Shown: piece by piece, positions 25,929 to 38,200 of the stretch
Numbering within the stretch: the first letter of the stretch is position 1
How the letters are laid out: each line of letters begins with the position of its first letter
Assembly (NCBI GenBank): GCA_050273025.1
Contig: CP158635.1
Span: 14,198,001-14,262,000 of the forward strand
Reading direction: 5' to 3'
Length of the DNA: 64,000 nucleotides
From: Cenococcum geophilum
Taxonomy: Eukaryota
The notes under the pieces: model-generated
Told to the model about the DNA's origin: nothing
Seen by the model: the letters and a program-made list of their open reading frames with translations, nothing else
Databases searched by the model: none
Made by a program: the position numbers and the translations under genes

Positions 25929-28900
25929 GCCCGCAAAGCCCTACTACACGCGTCTACGTCGCCGCGGGTGGAAACATTATCTGGAATCCTATTCTTCTTA
26001 ATGGCCAAGTGCAGAGGCAATGGTAGAGAGCCGTCGCAGCGTGTGTAGCGCTGTTGTTTAACTCTGTAGTAATAAGCCCGCGACGCGTATAAAGCATTAC
26101 CCTTAATAACACTAGGAGCCTTACTGCCTCCGCTTAAAGCTCCTATTCTACCATCTAGGGAGGCCTATTAAGGGAAACTAGGATATAAAAACCGCCTAAT
26201 ATATAACTACCTAGCTCGCAGCTAGGCCCAAAACTAGCCTTATCCAGCTAGTTAATATAAATGTGTCCTAGGCGTATAACAGGACACCCTTAGGCTTATA
26301 CTAGCTCTAAGATTATAAAATATACGCGATAAGGGCATAGGGATCCTTTTTTTTATAAGAACTTATTAAGGTTAACGCGTTATAGATACTTTATATAAAA
26401 CTTATTAAGGCCCTAAGGCCACTATAAAGAACTTATTAAGGCCCTACCTAGAGAACTTATTAAGGCCCCTCTATAAGGGTCTATCTAGTATCCGGTTACA
26501 CCTAAGTGACTTAAAAGAGGGTCTTAATAGGCGTAGTATGCGCGACCTAGTATAGTAATAGTGACGCGATAGCGATATAATGGCAACGCGATGGCGACTA
26601 GACAGCTTAACGAGGTAGAAATACAGGCAAAGCTCTAGGTAGCGGAAACATAGGCTAGCTTCGACGGCCCTATGGCGTACAACTTAGTTAACTCACAGTT
26701 AGCTTATAGTTAACTTATAGGCGACTTATAGAAGGGTCTTAATAGGCGTAGTGTACGTAACCTAATACGTATATATATAAGGCGACTTATAGGAGGGTCT
26801 TAATAGGCGTAGTATATGCGACCTAATATATATATATAGGGGAGGCTATAGGGGAAACATAGGCCAGTTAAATAAGGACTTAATAGTTAGAGACATAGGT
26901 ATAGCTTATAAAAAGAGGGGATATAAGCTTAGTTAGTAGGAGGGGGGGGAGTAGGTCGCCTAGTGCGGGACCTAGCGTCTCTATAGCCCCCCTCCTATAA
27001 GATACGGTCGGCCTATTATAAAAAGACTCCTATAGGTAACGCGAAACGAGAACTGGTAGTAATATAGGGTGTTACACCCCTATACTTCTACTAGCCTCCT
27101 ATAGGGCGTAGTATATAGTAGCTACTGCTAGCTCTAGGGACCTTACCCCTTAGCTAGGCTCTAACTCCTAGTGCACCTAGTAGGCAGGTAGGATTACGCC
27201 CTAGCTAGAGAGATTATTATATAGCTTAAGAGAACGGATACGCGTATTAGTATATTAATAGATAGAACCGTTCACCTCTAGGGCGGTATACTAGTAAGAT
27301 ACGCTTAAGAAGCAAATAGGAGTTACTTAGGTAGGGGAGGCTTTTTTAGTCTAGGCTTTAATTATAGAAGGTACCTAAGGCTTCTATATTATAGGATGTA
27401 GCTATAATACCTTTACAGGATTACGCTAATAGGCACGTAAGACGGGAGTTATAACCCCTAGAAAAGGCAGCTTATGCCTATACTAGCGGAAATAATAAAA
27501 AAGATATAAAACTAGAGGCTATAGAAGGCTTCTAAGCCATATAAAAGCGTACCAACTTTAGGAGGAGACTCTTATATAGACTGCGGGGGGGTAGACTAGT
27601 ACTTAGGCTAACCTATTATAAGATATCCAAAAGAACTAGTAAAACCCCCTATTAAGGTAGTGGCAGCTAACTGCTTATAGAAAGCCCCTAGGCCTTTAGG
27701 CCTAGGTTTAGGATAAATACTAGAAAACTAGGGTAGAGGCCTAAATAAGTAGGTACGTTAAACTCTACTATATAACCACCTACCGGCCTAAAAAGACCAA
27801 AACTAACCAAAAGAACCTTAAAAAACACCTAGAGAATCCCCCTAAGATGTATGCATCGCAGGGGAGGCATATATCAAATAACGGTGGCTTGCACTTACGC
27901 GTGACCGCTAGAACTACGCCTAGTAATAGCCCTCCACAATAAAGACGGGCGAATACTATACTATAAAGCGGAAATACCTCTATTAAGAAGGCATCTAATA
28001 AAATATAAAGCCTATTAGACGCGTTTAGTATCTAGAATTATAGGGGAGTAACTATTAGCTATAATAAACTAATATAGCTAGCAGAATAGCTCCGCTAGTC
28101 TAGTAAACCTTAGGCGCCCCTCTAGCAAACCCTTAATTAAATCCTCTAACGGCTAAGCAAAATTAAAAATAAGTATAACCCCCCCTTACCGGCGAACTGC
28201 ACCTAGGCCGCTATAGCTGCGCTTTTATAGCATAGGGAACCCACCCCCCTTAAGTTAATAAATGGGTATATAATTATAATATAACCAAACATAGAATAAG
28301 TAGAGGGGCTTAGGGGATAATTAGAAACAAAAGTCCTTATAAAGATATATAAAGAGGTTTATAACGCTGTTATAGTCTAACACCTTAAGAGTGGAGATAT
28401 TAGAGTTACTCTAAAGGACTAATAGGCAAAGAAATAAGCTATAAGGGTAGGAGATAGGCTAGGAGAACGTATTAGCATAAAAGTACTCTATAAGGATTAC
28501 CTAGTTAAAGTCCCAGCGGTTTCTATAAGCCTTAGGGTAGAAAAGGGACACTAGGTAGATAATATAGCAATTATATAGGAGATAGTAAGACAAACGGAAC
28601 GCCTTATACTAGGACTTAAAATCACCTAAATTTAATAGCTTTAATAGGAAAATATAAACTAAGTATATAATAAGAACAATAAGAGGATATAAGGGTTACT
28701 AGAGACTCGCTAGGGAGACGCTAGACGAATATATAGCTCCTTTATTATTAGCATATATACACTAGGAATGCAAAAACTCCTTATTTAAAAAGAAATAATT
28801 ATAAATGGCCTTATATATAATATAAGGCTCTATAACTATAGACTACGCCTAAAATAATGCTATCGCTATATATAATAGGGACACACCTAATCTATATACG

Positions 28901-31900
28901 CAGTATAGGTATGCTGCGGCCACTATATAGGCCCCTATAATACGAGACACTGCTTAAATTAAGACTAAATAAAATGTATAAACTGCTACCGAAGTATATA
29001 TAAGGCATAGGAAAAAGAAAACTATATTAAATATAGGAGATAAAAGGTAAGGGCTTAATAGCTACGGGAATAACTATACGCTAGGTTATATAAATGGAAA
29101 TAATAGGTAATAAGCTAAGGGGACGTAGGCGCCTTCCTAGTGTTTCTTACCTTTAATACTAGAGGGCTAGGCTGGCTATCCCAAGCCTTAACGGGCCAGA
29201 AGCGACGCCGCGCGATATTATTAGACTAATTAGGGATATAAGGGTTATAGGGGATATAAAGGAGAGAACGCCCTATAGGAAGACCCCTATAGACAGCGAC
29301 AGTAGGCTTAAAACTAGGATAATTAAGAATTAGACTTAATACGGCAAATATAATATTTATAGCTAACCTATAAAGGGTATATAGCTAACTAGTAAGAACA
29401 GGGGAAGAACTGGTAATAATAATAGATTTAGATATAGAAGCGCTAATAGGAATATAAAATACGGGAATAAAAAGCTCTATATAAAATAAGTAGTAACTAG
29501 GGTGTAGATATAAGAGATAGAAGCTCTAAATATCTTAAAGAAAGTAGAAATAGAAGAAGTAAGGAACGAAGAAGAGTTAAAGGACTTTTGCTAGGGGTCC
29601 GCTACCTATCTATTATATAGTATAACTGTAGTAATATAAACTACTGCCTTATAAGGCCCCTACTAGACAGTTTAGACCTAAAGAAATACTATATCCTTGC
29701 TATATAAGAACTGTATTATAATACCTTTATATAATTAATATACTACCCCTAAGAATTCTAGCTTCTATATAAACTAAAAGCAGCTATACGCGTATGCTTT
29801 ATAATTAGTAAGGCTATTAGCCTATCCTTATAGTTATAGTAGGCAGTTAACCCAGATATTATAGTTATAATAATCTAAATATATAGGGGACTGGTATAAA
29901 TTATTAATATATATAACCCTAGGGTTAAAGGGGTCCTATAAACAGAGAATATTATATTAGTAATAAGCTTATTAGAAACTAAAGGTATAGAGTTTATTCT
30001 ACTAGGAGATATAAACCTCTACTACCTATAGTAGGGGGGTATCTATATTGCTGTAGATTAACAGTTAGAGTGCCTACTAAGAGCTATAAATATCTAGGGC
30101 CTTAAGCTAGCCACCCCCCTAGGAGTAATTATATAGCAATAAGGCACCGCTAGAAGTATAATTAACCTTATATTTATAGACGAAGGCCTATACTAAAGAC
30201 TTAAAAGGTGCAACCCTAAAGAAGAATAGGCACTTACTCTAAACTATATCCTTATTTAGATATAGCTAGACCTAAATACTAAAGCGTAACTAAATAGAAA
30301 AAGATACGCAATAAGGAAGCTTAAAATAGATAGTTTCCTTAATATAGTTAAATAATAACTCTAAGACCTAGAAGAAATCCACCTAATACCAAACAAGCGA
30401 GGCTTATTGGCTACCCCTAAGGAAATTAACCGAAGACTAGAAAGGATCTAGGCAGCGATTAAAAATAGGCTAGAAGAGCACTGCCTAATCTTAAAACTGG
30501 GCCCCTACGCGTAATATATATGGTCTATATAATGCGCAGTTCTAGTTACTAGCTAATAATAAGTAAGAAGGAAATATATAAGCAGCCATGACCCTAAAGA
30601 TAAGAGATAATATAAAGATATAAGAACCTAGCTAAAGAATACCCTAAAAAAAGAAGTAAGGAATAACTAGAGACGGTTTATAAATAAGTATACTTTTAAC
30701 CCGAGCCTCCCCTATAATAAGGGCCTTTAGGCTATAGTAAAATAGGTAAAGAAAAAGGTAAGGCGCCTAGCAGAAGACTTATACCTATTACCCCTATAAA
30801 GAGCAGGAGAATTATAGGCTATAAACAATAATAATAAGAAGGCAAAGATCCTTATAGAAAGGTTCTTCCCCTAACTAGCTCTAGCAGACCTTAGTAATAT
30901 TATAGGCGAAATACCGGTAACTCGCCTACGGGTTAACAGCGATATAATAATAGAGGAAATGGCTAGAACTATTAGCCGCCTTTTAAATAATATAGCACTA
31001 GGACTAAATAGGATTCTAAATAAGGCCCTAAAAACCTATGGGCCACTTATAGCACCTTAGCTTATAGATATAGCTAAAGTATGCTTTACTATAGGCTACT
31101 ACCCACGACTTAGAAGATCTATAACGACGGTTATCCTATAAAAAGAAAGTAAAGCAGATTACTTAATTCTAGAAAGCTACTGCCCTATTGCCTTAAAAAA
31201 CACCCTTAATAAGATCTTAGAAAGGGTAATAGTAGAATGTATAGTAGATATGGTAGAGGAACACGCCCTACTACCACAAAGCTAAATAGGGGCAAGAAAG
31301 AACCACTTAACACTATTAGCACTTACGCTACTCGCTACCACTATTAAATCTGTATAGGCGATGCGAAAGAACTTTATAGGATTAATACTTAGCCTAGATA
31401 TTAGTGGTGCCTACAACAATATACCCTATAAGCGTCTCCTATATATCCTTAGGGCAAAGGGCTTCCTAGAATAGATTATATAATTTATTTAAGGGTTTAT
31501 AGGCCAGAAAGAAATATTACTGGTCTTTAGTAGATACTAGAGCCCCCCTATTATAGTTATAATAGGAATACCACAAGAATTACCCCTCTCGCCTATACTC
31601 TTCCTTTTATTTATAAGCAAACTACTTAACTCCTTTAAGGAAGGGGCGACCTAGAGGATAGGCTTTATTAATAATATAAACCTAATTATATACGGGCTAA
31701 TAGCCGCAAAGAATTATAGAATACTAGAGAAAGCCTATAACACTTATATAGAATAGGCAAAACGTTATAGAGTCCAATTCTTACTAGAGAAATACTAGCT
31801 AATCCATTTTATAAGAAAACGTAACTAATCTATAGATCTTTAGCATATAATTCGCATCTAAGGCTTTAGGGGTTAACTAGTTTATGGCCTAAGGGTATTA

Positions 31901-33324
31901 GGAGTATAGGTAGATAGTAAGCTCCGGTGGAGCGTATATATGGCGCAAGCGGCCTATAAAGGCTAAGCATAGTTTATCGCTTTATTTAGGATTGTTAATT
32001 CTATATAGGGTCTATGCTTCTAGAGGTTACGCCTACTATATATAGCAGTCGTCTGGCCAACTATAATATATAGATCCAGTATTTAGGCTATTAGAGAAAC
32101 TAAGAAGGGCCCCCCTAAATTACTCCTTAAACTACTTTAAAAGGTCTAAACAGCCTACCTCTAGAGTATTATAGGCGGGTATAAGTAAACGGCTATAGTA
32201 CTGCTTAAGAAGGAATCTAATATTCCCCCCCTATAGTTATATATTAAAGCCGCTGTAATATAAAGAATGCAAAATAAATATAACTCTAATATTATAAAGT
32301 ACATTAAGACACGCCTAAGTAAACTATAGAGGGACTCTAGGGTGCCCTATAGGAGAATAAACTAACAACCCTAAAGTAGGGAAGAGATATTAGAGAAATA
32401 GGTAAAAAAAAGTAAAAGAAGAATAGTGCCGCTTTAGAGCCTAGGCCTATATAGAGGAGAAAGGGAGACGTGTAAGAGGTTAATAAAGATAATAGTAAGA
32501 TAGAGAAAGGAGCTAAAGTAGAATATATAAGAATGCTAGGAAACCATCTACTGCAATATAATACTAGTTGGACTAACGCTAGAGAGGTAAATAGGAGTTA
32601 AAGGTATAGAGGCTAACTTAGGTAAGATAAACCTAAGCTATAGCATAGTTAACGCTATAGGGGGTAAATACCTAAGGGCTCTAAGAAGGCCTAACAAAGG
32701 CAGAAAATATAATAGCAATACTCTTAAGAACAGGAATAATAGAACTAAAAGATTAGCTTTACTAGGTAGGTATCCTAGTAGGTAGCCTAAGATATAAATA
32801 TAGCTAGCCAAGACAGACACTAAAACACGTAATATTACTATGCCCCCTACGCACTAATTAAGAAACAATACTCTTAGCAGCTGGCATAGAGAACTATAAT
32901 ACACTACTCTTAATATAAAAAGGCCTTAAGGCGGTTACCTAGTGGCTTATTAGTTAAAATATGCTAAATTAGTTCTGGGTTGCAAGGGAAATAGTAATAA
33001 AAGGCAAGGGGGCAAGCAGTAGGTGCCCCCTAGTAACTCTATAGTAGTAGAGTAATAGTTTATAATACTAGCGCGTCCGTAGGCTTATTACGGCAGCAGT
33101 AGTTCCTAAAAAGGTTAAACAGTAAGGTAGTAAAGCACTATAGGCGACTTATAGGCGCTAATTAGGCGAGTCCTAAAAGGCAGGGAGATGGATTACGGGG
33201 TTTTCTTATTTTTCTTAAATAGAGTTTTCTCCCTATATGTAAATAAGGAGTAGTCCGTGTAGGCCCAATAGGGATCCAAATCGGACGTTAAGCAATGAAT
33301 TATTATTATTATTATTATTATTAT
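25929..33324 (+). mobile_element. Tad1-like LINE copy C (27772-33324) with an additional 1.84-kb 5' segment (25929-27771) inside the same TSD
   Basis: 27772-33324 is colinear with copy B and ends in a long (ATT)n tail. 15-bp TSD tataatacgcggtta at 25914-25928 and 33325-33339. Confidence 0.9.
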
Positions 33325-35282
33325 TATAATACGCGGTTAAGACTTCCGATATTAATACGAGGCTAAAGGCTAATTAATATATAGATTAACTTAGTAAAGC
33401 TATAGGTATCCTAAAATAAGGTTATATCCCTTAATTTCTACGGTATAGAAGCGCATCTCCTACGTATCCTATAGACTATCGCAGTCTTAGCTAGCTATAG
33501 AAAAAGCCTATTTCCTATAGTATAGAATCTAGTAGCCTCTAATGCTTTAAATAGTGCGTACTTATAAGCCGCTAAGGTTTAAATCTAATTCTTTTACTAG
33601 TAATTAAAAAATAAACCCTATAGCCGCGCCGCTATCTATAAAGCAGTCTTATATTACCTATTTATTATTAACTTAAATAGAGATAGGAATAACTATATGG
33701 TAGCTTACTCTCTCCTTCTTTTACTAGCCTAGTATAAGGGAGTAAAGATCTACTAGGCTTTCTCTTTTCCTAATTAATCTAACTCTTATTTCTTTTACTA
33801 GCAGAAGCGCTTTATATAGCCCTTTTTGCCGCAGTTATAATAAACGCGTAACTCTTAGTATTACTTATTTGGATTAGGTTTTTGCCTATTATTATTCTAG
33901 GGCTAACTAGTATTGCTCTAGGGCTTTAAAGCCTACTCGCGTTATTCTTCCGCAGAGTAGTTAGGTTAGAATCTACCCTTATTATTAAAGCTAGGTCTAG
34001 TTCTACGCTCTTTATTATTAGTATCTTATTCCTTTTACTTACCTAAATCGTCTCTTTTAGCATTTTTAATCTAAGTAGCTTTAGAGATAAGCTTTTCTTA
34101 AGAGGTAGGAATTTCGCCCTTCTCCTATATAGCCTATTAAATCTTAGGTTATAGCTTAGTAAGTAGCTAGTAAAGTTATATAGTGTTATCCTATAGGTTT
34201 AAGTAGGGTATATTATCTTCTAGTTCTTCTAAGTAGTTTATAAACTAGACTATACTCTAGCCTTCTCGCTATTTAGCGTTATAGTATTGCTAGTTATAAT
34301 CTATCCCTTAATTAGTAGGGTCTTAGACCTAATTAACCAACTAGGACTTAAGTTTGCTAAATTTAAGGGATATAGTAAGTTTCTTCTTATACCATATCTA
34401 TAAACTCTTAACGGTGCTACGTAGGAAGGTAAAAGCAATTAGTGTCTAATTATACTTATTAAAGTAATATTTTAGATCTAACCAAAACTTAATTTTATAT
34501 TAATGGATAAAACAATTACAGTTCCGGAGACTATTACTATAGTACTTATTAGGTTCCTTTATGCGGAATTTAGGTTTTTTTAACATTATAGCGTTGTATA
34601 GCGTTGCCCCTTTAAGTCTACTTTATATCTAGGGTGTCTATACTTCCCCTAATTGTCCTTATAATTATTCTTAGTAGTTTTAATATACTTATCTCTAACT
34701 CCTTTGTTTTTTTATAAAGTCTTATATAGTAATTTCTCTAATAACTTTCTAATAGTAATCGTTTCTAAGGGTCTTATAAGGTTAGACAGATTAGCCGTAG
34801 CTTCTTTATAGGAAGAGGGAATACGCTCCTCTAGGGAGACGCTCTAAGCCTCTTATAGTAGGGGCGTTGTTTTAGGGGGTAAGGAGGTATAGCCCGTTAT
34901 CGTTAATTAATAGCCGTGCGTTCCTTCCGTAAAGGATTATAAGCAATTAAAATTATAAGAGGCTAGTTTAACCGGAACGTATAATTATTTAATTAATAGT
35001 ATAGAATAAAAGTTATAGGTAAGTAGAAGATAAGTTAAGGTAGAATAATCTTTATATATAAAGAATAAATACTTTCTAACCTCTTTTATTTAGAGACTAA
35101 TTGCTAGTTCTTCTCTATAGGAGAACCAGCTCCCTATATAATCCTTTTAAGACGCTAGTAAAACCCTTCGCCCCTTATCTATCTAACTGTATCTCCTAGG
35201 ACGTAGATAAAATATAAATATGATATAGATAAAACCTCTTACTATCTTATCTAATATATACCTTCTGGGGGATTTCGTTATA

Positions 35283-38200
35283 ATTATATTCTTATAACTA
35301 AGGTATACCTAATACTGCCTTATCCCTTCCTAATAGTAGGATATTTGTAACGGAGCCTTATAGCAGGAACTACGGTGGACTTGTTAATAGGCTAGGTATG
35401 TAAGTACCGCAGGTAAGTTAATAACGTAATAATAACTAGTGGAGTGGTTGCCTAATAAATTAACTCTAATTGTATTCTGAGAATTACTATAAGGAAGGAA
35501 CTATCTAGGTAGGGACTAAGGGTCCTTAAATACACAACCGTACTCCTATGAAATCCTTCTTATATATAATGTACGTGTTATATATAAGGTACGTAAGTTC
35601 CTTTTATTTCTTGCGTTTAATACATAGCACGTTATATAACCTTAGTTACTATTCTTCGTTATATAGTTCCACGGGTTCCATCTTAGACCGTGCTTATATT
35701 AACTAACTAGCTTCTTCCAACTCTTCTCTAAGTAGTTATAACATCGTACTTAAAGCGTTCGTAATACCATCTCCCTCCTCTCTATCTTCGTCCTTAAAGA
35801 TACCTAATATCTCCAAGTCGTTTACTAGAGGTATAATATCCGTTTAATTAATTTAGTTAATATTGTTACTTATAATGCCTAAAGCCTCTTCCTCTTTATA
35901 CGCGCAACGTCGTGCCCGCACTATTACTATAATATTATCGCTTAGTAAAATAATACTATCTTTATATTCTCGTTGTTTGAAAAAGGGGTTAATTTATATT
36001 GCGTTAGCGAGTCCTTTATCTTAATAACCCTCTTCTTATTTAGAGTGCACTAAAGCAAACGTTTAATTGTCTTGCGATATTCGCTCTATTTCTAACGCTA
36101 AGTATACGCGCCCTATAACTCTTAATAGTCTCTAAGTTCCCTAAGTAATTTATTATAGGGTCTTATATTTAATTTACTGCTATAAAGCTTAATAGTAACC
36201 TGGTATAGGCCCTTGTAAAGCTTAAGTATTCTTAAGATACGGAATAGAAGGCCCTAGATGCTCGTATTGCGGCGTCTACCTATCTACTTTGTCTTAAGAA
36301 AGTTTGCGAAAAGGTTTATTTTAAGAAGTAGAAACTTATAGAATAAGGTCTGCAGGAACTTAGTAATAAAAGAACGGATTCTCTTCTAATAGAGAAGGAA
36401 ACAACTCTAAGTAGTTCAGCAGTCGCTCTTTTTAGGTCCCCCTTAGGTAACTTATTCTTTAGCAATTCCTTTTTATTAATATTACCTGACCTTTTCTCTT
36501 CTAATACTCCTATACCTTTCCTATAGCGTTTTTTAGGTTCTCTAGTAGTTCCTAGGTAGTCTTATTATAGCCTATCCACTTTACTTCGTACTATATTTTA
36601 TTGTCTACGTTCTTATAACTAATAATCCTTAAAACTTACTATTTATCTTCCTCTTATCCTCTATATGTGTCTACTTTATAAACCGGTGGCTTAATATTCC
36701 TATATACTAGCTCTAGTATTGCGATATACTATATAGGGTAGATCTTTATCCTAGCTAGTAGGTTTAACTTAAATATAACTAATAAAATTTTCTACACAAT
36801 TTTAAAAGGTCCTAGTCTGACGTGGTCTAACTTCTTACTTAGTTAACTCTTAAAATTTTTATATAGTAGCTATACTTTATCTCCCTCTTTAAGATCTAGT
36901 CCCTTAGATCTCTTAGCATCGTAGTACTTTTTTATTCTTTACTATACCGTCTTAGCTGTTTCTGTAAGGTCTATATAAAGATTTATTAAACTCTTTATTC
37001 TTTACTTAGCTATACTACTTATCTTCTTTACCTAACGTAGCGATAATGAGGTCCTTAGCTTATATCCATAGTTCGCCTTAAATAGCAACGTGCCTATTCC
37101 TTCTTATAGTGTTATATTATATATAAACTATATAACTAGTAATAGCGATACCTAATTATTCTATACGTGATTAATATAATGCCTTAGATACTATTCTAGT
37201 GTCTAATTTAATCTTTCCGTTTAACCGTCTGTTTATAGATAATATATAGTAGAAGTTACTGCTTAAACTCCTTACTCTACTAAAAACACTTCCTAAAATG
37301 CTACTATAAATCTTAGATCTCTATCTAATATAATCTTATTTAGTACTCCGTATCTTATAAATACTTCTTTAATATAGATTCTAGTAATATCTTTCGCTGA
37401 TATTTCTTCTAAATATGCTATAAAGTATCCCCATTTTATAAGCTTATCTATTATTACTAAGATCGCGTTATAATCTTATCCGGTAATAGGATCTCTTAAT
37501 TTTAGTAACTTAATAATAAAGTCCTATAATATGACTTCCTATAGTCTTTTTAGTATTTTAATAGGTTATAGCTCTCTATATAGCTTATACCTTATTAGTT
37601 TATTCCTTTAGCAATCTAAATATTCTTTTATAACTTACCTAGTTAGTCCCTAGATTCTATTAATAATATATTCCTCTTAAAGTCTTAATACTAAGCTTAT
37701 AGCTCCGTTATATCCTTAAGTTAGTCCTTTATAAAATAACTTAATAAACTCCTTTGCGATAGATCTTAGTATATATATTACTTTTTAATTTTCGTACTGC
37801 TCTAAGTTTAGATCCTCTATTTATACGTCTAAGATCTTTTATATCCAATTACTTTCCGGTAATTTATAGATCTTCTTCTCTTATATTGCTGCGATCTTCG
37901 GATAATTATACCTAATTAATCTATCTATATCCTTTCGCAACAAAGCCCCTAATGGCTTTTCATTATTTTATAGTTTAGCCTTTCTGCTTAGAGCGTCTGC
38001 TCGTGTATTCTTTGTTCCCTTAGTATACTAAATCTTAAAATGGTATTCTGTAAGTATTTCCACCTATTTAACCTATCTATAATTAAGTTCTTTTATTATT
38101 AGGAACCCCATTAGGTTCTTATAATCCGTCTTAACTATAAATAGTTTTTCTATACCTTATAAAAATAATCTCTATTTTTTTAGTGCTGTAACTATACCTA

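Larger units (their letters stand above)
23072..35282 (-). mobile_element. Gypsy D, RIP-degraded 5' portion: probable 5' LTR ~34980-35282, gag, protease and RT start; interrupted by LINE C, the TIR element and Gypsy E
   Basis: Minus strand shows gag ('KEPNKYYSNS' ~34540), a CCHC knuckle ~33800-33850, protease 'FIDSGA' ~33630, and RT '[13 protein letters not shown]...KLDLK' at 23072-23150. The pieces 23072-23245, 25561-25928 and 33325-35282 join across TSDs. Confidence 0.82.

Noticed and set aside
2009..32820. Three similar ~60-aa hydrophobic ORFs (2009-2194, 15460-15642, 32638-32820) resembling a membrane-peptide family
   Set aside because: They are the same antisense frame of LINE ORF2 in copies A, B and C, with non-ATG starts; the similarity reflects the repeat.
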